From the NCBI GenBank assembly GCA_963693365.1, contig CAVNZM010000001.1, forward strand, positions 1,272,562-1,336,561: DNA of 64,000 nt, read 5' to 3'. The translations under genes and the position numbers were made by a program. The notes beneath the pieces are model-generated. The model was not told the origin of the DNA. It was given only the letters and a program-made list of their open reading frames with translations, and made no database searches. Below, piece after piece: positions 10,472 through 22,556 of this stretch (its first letter is position 1; every line of letters starts with the position of its first letter). This DNA is from Amoebidium appalachense. Lineage: Eukaryota > Protista > Ichthyosporea.

Positions 10472-11396
10472 TGTTGTAATACGTAGTATTTACATATGGT
10501 AAGATCTTCTCAGTTTGTGTTATGTTTCAGTTCATATGCTTAGTGTAAAAGCTACACTCCTATTACGTAAAGTGTAGCATCGATCTCCGATATGCTTGTA
10601 TACTTGTAATCGTCTTGTATCGGCTTTAATCGTGTGTTGTAATATCGATTAGAATATTTATATGTGTGTACATGGATCCACCCACTCAGGGGGAGACGTG
10701 TACATGTTCGTGTGTACATAAATATCTCTGGTTATAGTTATGATATTACTATCTTGTTTGTTGATCCGTGCTCTCTTTTCCTTCCTCTTTCTCCTTCCTT
10801 GTTTTCTTTTCTTTCTCTCTTTGTCTTCATGTGTATAATCGTATTTCTTTTCTACTAATATATGTTAGGTAGATTTGTGTTACTTAATACGTGTTCATTG
10901 GACGGTAACACACTTAGGCTACACTTAGAATAGCATGTGTGTTTAGACTTCATTAATTTACTTTAGTTTTCATGTGTTGCCGGGCTTTAACCAATCATCA
11001 AGGTTAAGTGTGATATGTCTGAGTCTTTGCAGTATGTCATAGGTTAGAATTTCCTTGATGATGACACGAGTTGACCTTAACTAGTGTCTGTGTCCTATCG
11101 TGTGCGTCTCCGCGTACCGGATCTCTCTGAAAGCAATTGGTTCTTAGTGATTGGTTTCTATTAGAGATAGATCTGATTTCCGACTGGTCGGAAATCATGT
11201 ATGGATTGGACTTAGAGGAATTTCAGGTATTTATTCGAAGATCAGAATAAATTCAGTTCAGTCGTGTCTAAACATTGATGTCTGTTGTGTACACTGCTCC
11301 GATCGTTCCGTGTTTTGTTGTTGTGTGTGTCTGTGGTGTTTTTTCACTGCACCACTGTGTCTCTGCTTTCATCCCAAATACTTATAAAATTTAACA
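10472..11396 (+). repeat. LTR family B (3' LTR, 925 bp)
   Basis: TGTTG..TAACA after the PPT; further copies at 21632-22556 and 55294-56230. Confidence 0.9.
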
Positions 11397-12215
11397 ATCC
11401 CCCGACCTGACAGCTCCGTCTCCAGTCTCCACCGTGGTCATTCCAATGATCGATCCTCCTCCATGGACCGTAATTACTCCCGGTCCCGCTCCCCCGGTCC
11501 CCGTTTCCGGTCATCCTACCCCTCACGTAAAGGGGTTAACCGTCATCACAGCCAAGCCCGTGCCAATAGCACTGGCCCCCTCGATTGTTCTTATTGCCAC
11601 GAGAATCATCATGTCACTCAATGTGACAAACCTGGCTGCTCCGTTGCCCGTCGTCACCGTGCCAGCTCCAAAATGGCAGAGAGGTGCATTTTGCCCTCGT
11701 CTCAACCACGGCTTCCCTCCCCATGGACCCCTGCTGGGACTCGGCCTCCAATGTCCATGTGTGCCCCGTCAAGGAGTACTTCTCCACCCTCGAGCCGTGC
11801 CTGCCGACCGAAGTCCATGGTCTCGGCATTGTAACTGCTCATCACGGTGGCATCATCAACCTGGCTGTCAACTACGACGGAGTTACCTCGGTTCTCAGCC
11901 TCAACACACTCTATGTGCCCTACTCCCCGGCCTTCCTGATTTCCCCCTCGATGGCCTCCAAATCGGGTCTCCTTGCCCACCTCGATGATAAGGATGAATT
12001 CCCCTCCTTCCACTACACTCCTGGTGGCAACATCGTGTGTACTCTCACCGGCAACGATGGACTGTACTTCATTACTGACTATGAGATATGTCCCTCCATC
12101 CCTCGGTCCGTCACTGCCCTGGTTGCCAATGTCAAGGTGAACATTGATCCCAAGCTCTGGCACCATCGTCTCGGCCACCGTGCCATGTCCACCCTCACCA
12201 AGATGGTGAGAGGTG
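11397..12215 (+). pseudogene. Copia gag C-terminus, protease and pre-integrase fragment (internally deleted element)
   Basis: CSYCHENHHVTQC knuckle, WDSASNVHVC protease motif, LWHHRLGH; frameshifted; runs directly into a purine tract and LTR-C. Confidence 0.85.
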
Positions 12216-12877
12216 TGTTGAAATACACATACACGTGTGTAGTTTCTGTAGTTGCAAGCATCGAAGTTGTTGCATACTATAGTATATATTCCGTAGAATC
12301 ATATATTATTTGTTCCTCTCTCTCTCCCTCTCTCAGTGAAACGCTGCTGCTTCCTTTGTATCCAATCATTCGCCCTTTGGGTACATGTTGTCGTTCCCTC
12401 CATTCTGATAGGTCTAGTGTACGTGTTCCTGACGTACTACATCTGCACGCCAAGAGCTGTGCACATGTCAGACTAAGGTAATCATATTGTGATCAAGTAG
12501 ATTCAATGTTTGTATAGTATTTATGTGAATAACTATATAAACATTTTCACTTTATTATTATCCATTTGTCAGTTGTTTTGCTAGGTTGTACATGCTGTAC
12601 ATGACCGCGAAACTGACTATGGCGAGTTCATATTGATATCTGATTGGCTGTATATCATGTCTCCATTTTGCCTATCTGTGCGCGGCTTACTGGATAAGTC
12701 AGACGTGCACTCAGAATACAGCTCAGTCGTTTCAAGTCAAAGCAAGTTCAAGTCTGCTACGGCTCCTTGGTTGTTCACGATGTAGAGTCCGCCATAAGTG
12801 CTAGTCGTGGTGTTTTTCCACTGCACCACTGTGTCTCTGCTTTCCTTGTCCTTGCACGAAATACTCATATAAATTCA
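12216..12877 (+). repeat. LTR family C (662 bp)
   Basis: Starts TGTTGAAATAC, ends ..AATTCA, shares CACTGCACCACTGTGTCTCTGCTTTC with LTR-A/B; single copy in the window. Confidence 0.7.
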
Positions 12878-13895
12878 GACTTATCTCAACTAAAAGAAGA
12901 GAACCCATCGGTTTCTTCAGATGATATAAAAATACATTCCAACAGAGCATACGCATTCCAACTTCCGACACAACTGAAGTTTAGAAACACTTACTTAAAT
13001 AACTTAAGTGAATTATACAACTTTTCACTATTAATAAAAATATATAATTATACTCGTGTCTATAAAAAAACTCATCTAAATACATATACTTCCTAATAGT
13101 CGACACTCTTAAAGTGACGACACATCACGTAAAAACGAATTCCAAATATATCTAATGTGTCCAATCATAACACGTATATTAATAGACAGGAATGCACATC
13201 ACGATCTATAGATGTACTCACTCGCGTCTATTGGTGAGTCATCCTACTTTGAACTAAAACAAAGGCAACGAACATAGCTAGCCAATCATACTACTCTCAG
13301 AAAGGTCTTATTTGTGGAATTTATTGACATAAATATTTTTTCTGGGTAAACACGTAGGATGGGTGTTCGGTATCAACATAACCATGTAGGCTTCATTTCG
13401 TGTTTTAGCAGTTCGCGGTTGGCTGTCCGCACACGGGCACCTATTAGCCAATCAAAACATCAGATTCCACATATCACTAGACCGAGTTTTGATTGGCTCG
13501 GATCAGATTTCACATATCACTAGATCGATTTTGATTGGCTCAGATCGGTAGGCTTAGGTATATAAGCACGACAGTTTTTAGAAGATCAGCAAGCTACAAA
13601 ACATCTTCTGTGTTTAGCACCCACAGCCTTACAGCTATAAATTCCTTTTTCACCCACCCACCTACACCCACACTCAACCCCCATTGATCCACACATACGT
13701 GCTGTTTTTTCACGGGGCGAAGACTTCCCCCGTTTTTTGGGCACAAGGACCTCACGGATCAATAAATTGATGACTGGGGGCTTGCCGTGGTTTACAACCA
13801 TTGCAGGTTCACTTTCGTCCAAGGGGATGTCCCCCTAGAGGCAACACGTCCCGGAGTAGTTTTTCATAGAAACAGAGAAAAGCAAACACAGATAA
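12878..13895 (-). repeat. LTR family D fragment (12878-13303 and 13871-13895), split by a Ngaro solo end
   Basis: Colinear with 14380-14850 and with the reverse complement of 48340-48810. Confidence 0.8.
13304..13870 (+). mobile_element. Solo A-B terminal unit of the Ngaro-type element
   Basis: Reverse complement of 13896-14208 plus 15113-15357; no ORFs; LTR-D sequence resumes on both sides without a TSD. Confidence 0.8.
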
Positions 13896-14208
13896 TCTAT
13901 GAAAACTACTCCGGGACGTGTGTTGCCTCTAGGGGGACATCCCCTTGGACGAAAGTGAACCTGCAATGGTTGTAAACCACGGCAAGTCCCCAGTCATCAA
14001 TTTCTTGATCCGTGAGGTCCTTGTGCCCAAAAAGCGGGGGAAGCCTTCGCCCCGTGAAAAAACAGCACGTATGTGGGGATCAATGGGGGTTGAGTGTAGG
14101 GTGTAGGTGGGTGGGTGAAAAAGAAAATATAGCTGTAAAGCTGTAGGTGCTAAACACAGAAGATGTGTTTGTTGCTTGCTGATCTGCTAAAAACTGTCGT
14201 GCTTATAT

Positions 14209-14953
14209 TGTTGTTTTGTACGGGTCTAAGGGAGCAGAGTGCACAGAGGTGTCATGTAAAACACGACTAACACATTAATGAGAGAGCAATCGGAGTTGTT
14301 CACGAGACATTGAAAGATTTCAAACAACAACTGATTCTTTATTGTGCTTTCGGTTCCTTTTGTACTTGCGACTTATCACCTTATCACAACTAAAGAGGGA
14401 GAACCAATCGGTTCTATCAGAAGATAGAAAAACACATTCCGACAGAGCATACGCATTCCAACTTCCGATTAAACTAAAGTTTAGAAACTCTTACTTAAAT
14501 AAATTAAGTAATTATACATCTAGTCACTATTAACTCACATATATATTTATGTTCGTCTCTATGAAGAAACTTATTTAAATACAAATATTTCCTAATAGTC
14601 GACACTCTCAAAGTGAAGACACTTTGCAATAAACCGAATTCCATATATATCTATTGTCCAATCACAACACACATATATTATTAGACAGGAATGCACAACA
14701 CGATCTACAGATGTACTCGCTCGCGACTATTGGCGAGCCATCCTTTTGAGAACAAAACTAAGCCATTTTGAAATAAAGGAAAGACAATGAGTGAAGCTAG
14801 CCAATCACGCTACCTCTCAGATAAACAGAGGAGAGCAAACAGAAATAAAATACAATAAGTTCTTATCAGGCAAGAGAGCTAGGTGTGCACAGATCTACAG
14901 ATATCTGTGCCCACAGAAACAAGGGAGAGAGAGATACGGGGGGGGGGGGGGGG

Positions 14954-15015
<62 letters not shown>

Positions 15016-15107
15016 ACAAAGAAGGAAAGCAGACACGAATACAAACAAGCTAAGACACATACATACTTCAAGGCTCTTGCTGTCATACATGGTGACGTAT
15101 TCCAACA
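14209..15107 (-). repeat. Solo LTR family D (899 bp)
   Basis: TGTTG..CAACA termini, 5-bp TSD TATAT (14204-14208, 15108-15112). Confidence 0.92.
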
Positions 15108-15474
15108 TATATACCTAAGGCTACCGAACTGAGCCAATCAAAATCGATCTAGTGTTATGTGAAATCTGATCCTGAGCCAATCAAACTTGGTCAAGTGATC
15201 TGTGGAATCTGATGTTTTGATCGGCTAATAGGTGCCCGTATGCGGGCCGCCGAACGCGAACTGCTAAAACATGAAACGAAGCCTGTTGATATCGGACACC
15301 CATCCTACGTGTTTACCCAGAAAAATATTTATGTCAATAATTTCCACAAATAAAACCTCTATGAAAACTACTCCGGGACGTGTGTTGCCTCTCGGGGGAC
15401 ATCCCCTTGGACGAAAGTGAACCTGCAATGGTTGTAAACCACGGCACGAGAGCAGTATGCTTGCTCCAAAGGTT

Positions 15475-17446
15475 TCACTTAAGAATAGAGGCGAATACAC
15501 GTGTGGTAGTGGCAGCAATGGAGGCCGGACGAAGTCGGGTATAGATCAGGAAACAGTCGGAGGACCACCTGCCGAGTTGCTTGATCCGGGAGTCGTCGAC
15601 CCCGGCCTTAGCCAGTGCTGTGGCCCCCCCGATGCGGAGGCTGTGTCCGGCAAACCGGGAGGGTGAGAGGCCTGCCCGGGAGAGGAGGGCACGGAAGTCG
15701 GCAGAGAAAGCACTCTTGGTGTAGGGAATTGTTATAATACGTGGTATTTACATATTGTAAGATCTTCTCAGTTCGTGTTATGTTTTCATTCATTCACTTA
15801 GTGAAAGAGATGTGCTCCTTGTACGTAAATTATGAGATCGATCTCCAGTGTATTTGAGTACTTGTAATCGTGTTGTGTCGGCTATATTCGTGTGTTTAGA
15901 TATCGATTACAGCAACTGATTATAGGTACACGAGTCTACCCAGTAAGGGAGAAACATGTACATGTTATGTGTACATGAATATCTTCGGTTATAACTGTGT
16001 TTTGCTGTTCGTGTTTTCTGTCCTGCTTTCTTTTCTTTTTCCTCTTTCTTCTTCTTTCTTTTCTCTTTCTTTCTTCTCTTGTTTCCTTTCACATAATTAT
16101 ATTTCTCTCTCACTAATATACGTTGAGTAGATTTATATTACTCGTTATGTTTTGATTGGTAGAAAAACACTTAGGCTACACTTTAGCTTGTCAGGTATGA
16201 TTCATAGCTTAGTCAAACACTTTTGTTTTGTGTGTTGCCGTACTATATCCAATCAGTGGACTTAGTCAGAAAATGTCTGAGTCTTTGTAGCCGATGATAG
16301 GTTAGAAACATCACCTCTTTCCTCGTTACTCTTCACCTCTTTTCTTTCTTATAGCTGTGACCTATGGTGTGCGTTCCTGTGCCTCCGGATCTATCCGGGA
16401 AATAATCAGTTAATTGTGATTGGTTATTTTAGACATAGATCTGATTTCCGACTGGTCGGAAATCATGTATGGATTTAACTTAAGGGAATTTCAGGTATTT
16501 ATTAGCGATCAAAATAAATTGAGTTCAGTCGTGTCTAAACGTTGATGTCTGTTGTGTACACCTCTCCGATCGCTCCGTGTTTTGTTGTTGCGTGTGTCTG
16601 TGGTGTTTTCACACTGCACCACTGTGTCTCTGCTTTCATCCCAAAATACTTATACAATTTAACAGGAATGCCACCGAGACTGAAGAGGGGGTCGTCGGGT
16701 TGACCGGACGTTGTATCCAGGAACTGCCGGAGGAGATGGGCTGGGGAGAAGTGGGTGAGGGGCAGGGCAGCTAGAGTGACGTTGACACCTCGGGCCTGTA
16801 CATCCGTCTTAGAGGTTGGCAGGTGGAGGGTGGCATGGGACAAAGTACCGGTGGGGGTGTAGCTGAAGGTCACGTCCTTCCGTTTAACGTGACGGGACGG
16901 GTCGAAAGAAGTCAGGGTCTTGGAGGTAAATTCCCCCAAACGGAGGAGACCACAGAAACCGACGATGAGGGCCGTCCATAGCCGGAGATTGGCCGAGGAG
17001 GCCTTGGTGGGGCACTGGTCATGGAGTAGGCTGAGGTGGGAGGGCAGGAGGGGTTCCCTGGTGGATGAGCGGGGTCGGATGTTGTGAGAAAGCTGCCATC
17101 TGCCCACCCCCCGTAGGAACCAGGCCAGAGACTTGTCGTGGGGGTAGGGAGCAGGGAGGCCCATGTCGAGGTGGAGCCTGGTGATGGCCGAATTGTAGCC
17201 GGTCAAGGAAGAGGCCTGTACCCCTCGTTGGGCACACCAGGCGAGAAAAAGTTGCACGGTGTGTGGGGAGGCCGGGAGGGAGGACCCGGAGGAGGATTGC
17301 AGCCAAGATGCCACACAGAAATCGATGAACACTTTTTGCACCCGGGAGTAAAAGGCCCGAGAGTCGAGGTTGAGACTCAGGGTCTGGCATTCCTGCAGGG
17401 TAGTGGTGGCTCGAAGCAGCTCGGCCGGAGCAAAGTGGGGGGCCAA
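15475..17446 (-). pseudogene. Tyrosine recombinase, disrupted by solo LTR-A
   Basis: GLLRLGE and SKTD in 17446-16665; removing the LTR restores the frame into GHSLRIGGAT..LGRWSSDCFLIY..ILK* (15729-15475). Confidence 0.92.
15730..16664 (+). repeat. Solo LTR family A (935 bp)
   Basis: TG..CA termini, 5-bp TSD GGAAT (15725-15729, 16665-16669). Confidence 0.93.
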
Positions 17447-17494
17447 TCTGCCAGCGTTGCTCCGGAAGGGGAGATCTGGGGGGGGGGGGGGGGG

Positions 17495-19178
17495 TTAGCC
17501 CAGGGGAAGGGATAGGAACTCGTGGACCCAGGAGGGGAAGGGGCAGGGCTCCGGTTGCAGGGAAGGTCGGAGTCGTCGGGCCCGGGGAAGTTGGTTACAA
17601 GAAATGGCATCGGCAAGATGGTTGAGGGGTCCTGGTAGGTAGGATGCCTGTAACGTAAATTGGTATTGCATTTCCATGCGGGTGATGAACCGAAAAAGTT
17701 TGGCCATCACGGGGTGGGGGGAAGACCGGGAGTGCAGGTCAGACACAGCACCCGTGTTGTCGCATAAAATACGGACATGGTGGGTGGACCAGGAGAGGGG
17801 CCAGAGGGCCACGGCGGCTGCGATGGCCAGGAGTTCGATGACGGAAGAACCGAGTTTACCCTCATGAGCATAGAGGCCCTTGGGTGGAGGGGGACCAGGG
17901 CTTGAAAAACCATTGGTCGAGCCAGTGGCCTCCTAGACCCACCGATCCGGCAGCATCGGTGGCCAGGGTGGTGTATGTGGGGGGTGTGATGAGGTGCACC
18001 CCATTCCATGATGTGAGGAACTGGTGCCATTCGGCTATGTCGGCCCGGGCGGCAGCAGTCAGCCGTATGTGGTGGTGGCCGGCAAGGTGTGGGTGGGTCC
18101 GGAGAAGGGCCCATAGGAGCTGGGAGAAGGCCCTCCCGGGGGGAACCAGCTGGGCACACCAGGTGAGTTTGCCGAGGAGGGATTGGAGGTCCCGAATGGT
18201 GATGGTGGGCTTTGGGTGGGAAGTGAGGTCGAGTAGGTCTGAGAGCTTGGAAGCCGGGATTCGTGCCTCCATGGCGATGGAGTCGAATTCGATACCGATG
18301 AAGACGATACGGGTAGCCGGGCCCTGCATCTTGTCTTCGGAGATGGCAATGTGCAGCTCTCGGCAGAGTTGCAGGAAGGTGGATAGGTGACGTTGGCACT
18401 GCTCTTGGGTGGGGGCGACTATAATCCAGTCGTCTACGTAGTGGCGGATGAGGGTAACACCGTGCTGGTGTGCCAGCCACTGTAGGGTGGCCGCGATCCG
18501 TTCCCAGAAGGCTGGGCTAGATTTCAGACCGAAGGGCAGTCTGGTTTCAACGTAAAAATGCCCCTGCCATTTGAATGCCATATAGTGATGGTCTTCTGGT
18601 CGGATGGGCATGTGCCGGAAGGCAGCCTGCACATCTGCCACGGCCATGTAGCAGCCGGGGCCTGCGTCGAGAATGAGCTGGGTGACATCCCGGGCGCGAA
18701 TGTACTGAAGTTCGTCGGGGTAGGTGATGCTGTCATTGACACTTCTACCCCGGGGCCAGGAGAGGTGGTGGATTCGAGGTACTTGGGGGGGTTCCCTTTC
18801 TTGGTAACGGCGTCGATGGGGGAGGAACGGTGGACCGGAACTTCGTCAAAGAATTGGGCCGGGGAGAGGGGGCCGCGCAGGTGGCCGAGGGCGACTTCTT
18901 TGGCAATATCCGCCGTGATAGCGGCAGCTGCCTCCGGGGTGGTGGGTAGGTTGGGGCCCACGCGAGAGGTGGAGGGGCCGCGATAGCCGATGTCGACACC
19001 GAATTCGACATCGTGGAGGAGTTGTGCGGCGAATGATTGGTCTGGGTAGGAGGCCAGCAGTTCCCGGAGGCGGGAGGTGTCAATGTGGTGCTGGGGCAGC
19101 GGGCGGGCCTCCGGGTCTGAGCCTCGGGGGAAGGGGTGGTTAGCAAGGGTGGGGCACCCTCGGGGAGATCCCGGCAGG

Positions 19179-19215
<37 letters not shown>

Positions 19216-19336
19216 GGGCAGCAGGGCCCCGGGGGGTTAGAGTAGGGCAGCTGGGCCCGAGGGAGGGTTGGCAGGGAGGGCAGCGGGGCCCTGTGCAGGG
19301 GAATGTGCCCGAGCACGCGGGGGTGTGGGCGGACAC
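17495..19336 (-). pseudogene. DIRS/Ngaro RT-RNase H, frameshifted
   Basis: FGVDIGY, SSPIDAVTKK, ADVQAAFR, RLPFGLKSSP, YVDD, LLGKL, ATDAAG, CDNTGAV, NHLADAIS spread over three frames. Confidence 0.9.
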
Positions 19337-19607
19337 AGAGGTAGAAGAAGGGGGGAGGGAGTGCTAGGTGAGTGTAAGGGGGGGGAGGCTCGTGGGATGG
19401 GGGGGGGAGTAAAATTATGTGCAGTGGCCAGAATAAACGTCTTTGTGTAGGGACATTTATTCTTGACGCGCGCGGGCGCCGTAGTTGGCCTGCGAAATTT
19501 TGTACTCAGCCCTATTGGCCCGTTCTCCCGAGCTCCGTTTCCTTGTACTCGTGTGTCCTAGCTCCTAACCCCTATGTTCTAGCTGTGTGTGTGGGTGTGC
19601 GCGTAGA

Positions 19608-19835
19608 CTAGGCATTGTGCTTGCAGTCTTTGCGGGGGTGTGTGCCAGAGCAGAGCGGGCACACGTGGGAGAAGGGGCAGGGCTGCTTAGCGCAGGACCG
19701 ACCGTTAATGTGGAAATTCCTGCAGTGCGTCGCGGGTAGATCCACGGGTCGGGCCGGTTTTGCCGGGCCGGGTTGCCGGCCAGGGCGGTTAGGGGTTTGA
19801 CCCCCGCCGGGCTTGTGGGGCGGCTTTCTCTTCAT
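19608..19835 (-). pseudogene. C-terminus of Ngaro gag-like ORF with Cys/His fingers
   Basis: CRNFH..C..PCPFSHVCPLCSGTH...C immediately upstream of RT. Confidence 0.75.
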
Positions 19836-21132
19836 CAGTGGGGACTCTGTCTTCCATCGTCAAGTGTGTGCATCTTCAGTGGGGATTTTTCTCCACCATC
19901 CGTCGTTTATATATTTATATTCATATCCCACCATATATATTGGTTTTCTTCTATATTCGACTTATGTATATGTCGAAGTGGGATGGCGTCCCAGTATAAA
20001 TAATTATCTATAGCCATGGCGAGCTGGTTGACTGCCAGTCTAAACCTAGTCCATGGGATGAACCTTCCCCGTGTCTTGAATGGTTGACTACCAGTCTATA
20101 AATCAGTCCACAAGATGTTTATGCCTTGTGTTTATCTGGGTGGTCCCCAGTCTAAAACATTAGCCACCAACACGTCACACATACACTAGTGTTTCCTTTA
20201 TATATATATATATATATATATCGTCGTTGGCTACCGTGACTTCCTTCATATTCCGAGTCCTCCGAGGCAACCGTCGTTGTGTGCCTCTTCCGTTTTGGTT
20301 TTCTCCTTCCCACCTCAAGGACCTTCGGTTTGCATCCTCGAGTGGGGAGACTTGTGTGTAACGGCCCCATGTGTTAGGACCTCATCTACCTCACCTACAT
20401 GTCATCTTCCCATGATTCACGGCAAGACTTAGAAGTTGAGTTTTATATTTGTTTATTAGTTTGTTGCAGTTTGTTTCCTTTTCCTTTCTTCATTTCTTTC
20501 TTTCCTTTCTGTTTCCGTGTACACGACATCTTAGATCTGTGTATGTATCGATATACTTAGCTTGCGCACACGTATTGTCGTTTGCGTCAAAATCTATATA
20601 TGTCATCCAATCATATCTCGTTTGTATTTTCCCAAATATAGTAACTTACATTCCTTTCTCACGACGTAGCATTGTGCTATGTTCTCCAACTATTAGGAAT
20701 AATTATATTTAGACGTGTTATGATAAGAACATGTATAAATGTATGTTATGAATTAATAGTTACATAAGTGGTTTCATTTTGTTAAATGTTTCCGTGCTTT
20801 TATTAGAAGTTTCTTTTATTAGAAGATTGAGTTTTATATTCTATGTGTCGACAGACATTTTAATCAATATATTTTACACTCATAGTTTTCGTCTTTCTGA
20901 TTGGAAAATAGAGTTTTCGTTCTTTTGATTGGTTTATCGTTTTCACATTCCCAAGTATAAAAGGGACTTCATCTTGAAATAAATCTCAAGCTGCTGCAGT
21001 CGTATTCATTTCCCATGGTTCCAGAAATCGTTCCACCTCTCCGGTTGTGTTTTTCCCGTGTGTCTCTGTGTTGTGTATATCATAACACCCATCTGTGCTA
21101 TCTGCTTCTCCGTTTACCCACACAAAACAACA
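19836..21132 (+). mobile_element. 3' UTR plus LTR family E (LTR 20400-21132)
   Basis: Homologous to 28892-30165; TGTCA..CAACA termini; repeated AGTGGGGA. Confidence 0.8.
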
Positions 21133-22556
21133 CTGAAGGGCACAGGCATCCCACTGACGGTGAAGGATGCGGATCTGATCGGGTTTGCCTTGGAGGTAGT
21201 GTTGACGGAATTTCCACATGGCCCGTTCAGGGTCCATGCCAATACGGTACTGGGCAACGGTGGTGAGCACGGAAGGGTCGATGTTCTGAATCATATGCAG
21301 CAGGAGGCAGTTGCGGGCCTCCTTGAGTTCCGCGGTAGTGCCGTAGCCGTAGAAGGGGGGTTCACCGTCAACCGCGACGGTGGTAGGGGGGACGTAGTTG
21401 TCAGCAAGCACAACATCCACGAGTCGGACACCTTTAGTGCCGGTCATCATGCCGAGAAAAATGATTTCCCACTGATAATAGGTGGTTTTGCTATCGGGAC
21501 CAGTCTTCCCTTCACCTTTCCACCTTTCCACATGGTTATTTTTTTTACACCAGTTTTGTTTGGATCCATGATTGAAAAACGATCGCTAGTTCTAGATGTG
21601 TGTAGGGAGCGTGCAAAAGGGCTGCATAACCTGTTAAATTATATAAGTATTTGGGATGTAAGCAGAGACCCAGTGGTGCAGTGTGAAAACACCACAGACA
21701 CACACAACAACAAAACACGGAACGATCGGAGCAGTGTACACAACAGACATCAATGTTTAGACACGACTGAACTGAATTCATTCTGATCTTCGAATAAATA
21801 CCTGAAATTCCTCTAAGTCCAATCCATACATGATTTCCGACCAGTCGGAAATCAGATCTATCTCTAATAGAAACCAATCACTAAGAACCAATTGCTTTCA
21901 GAGAGATCTGGTACGCGGAGACGTACACGATAGAACACAGACACTAGTTAAGATCAACTCGTGTCATCATCAAGGAAGTTCTAACCTATGACACACTGCA
22001 AAGACTCAGACATATCACACTTAACCTTGATGATTGGTTAAAGCCCGGCAACATGTGAAAACTAAAGTAAATTAATGAAGTCTGAACACACATGTTATTC
22101 TAAGTGTAGCCTAAGTGTGTTACTGTCCAATGAACACGTATTAAGTAACACAAATCTACCTAACATATATTAGTAGAAAAGAAATACGATTAAACACATG
22201 AAGACAAGGAGAGAAAGAAAAGAAAATAAGGAAGGAGAAAAAGAAAGGAAAAGAGAGCACAGATCAACAAACAAGATAGTAATAGCATAACTATAACCAG
22301 AGATATTTATGTACACACGAACATGCACACGTCTCTCCCTGAGTGGGTGGATCCGTGTACACACAAATAAATATTCTAATCGATATCACAATACACGATT
22401 AAAGCCGATACAACACGATTACAAGTATACAAGCATATCGGAGATCGATGCTACACTTTACATAATAGGAGTGTGACATTTACACTAAGCATATGAACTG
22501 AAACATAACACAAACTGAGAAGATCTTACCATATGTAAATACTACGTATTACAACA
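21133..22556 (-). mobile_element. Copia 5' end: LTR-B (22556-21632), PBS GGTTATGCAGCCC, gag N-terminal fragment
   Basis: PBS abuts the LTR; gag-like frame 21531-21133 is cut by LTR-E. Confidence 0.85.

Larger units (their letters stand above)
7000..11396 (+). mobile_element. Ty1/Copia element, 3' portion (pre-integrase to 3' LTR-B)
   Basis: IN-RT-RNaseH domain order, 3' UTR motif, PPT AAGTGGGGA (10463-10471) abutting the LTR. Confidence 0.93.
13896..19835 (-). mobile_element. Ngaro-type (DIRS order) tyrosine-recombinase retrotransposon, 5'-truncated
   Basis: gag Zn-finger, RT, RNase H, YR, then split direct repeats B1 (15446-15358), A2 (15357-13985), B2 (13984-13896); no methyltransferase ORF between RNase H and YR. 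Confidence 0.88.

Noticed and set aside
13896-13984. Hammerhead ribozyme suggested by GGACGAAA in the Ngaro B repeat
   Set aside because: No CUGANGA core at the required position and it lies antisense to the element
13304-15357. Inverted terminal repeats of a DIRS1-type element or a foldback transposon
   Set aside because: Better explained as two Ngaro ends: B is directly repeated within the minus-strand element and the spacer is LTR-D sequence
16535-16664. C-terminus of the 303-aa YR ORF in the track
   Set aside because: Read-through into solo LTR-A; the real C-terminus is at 15729-15475
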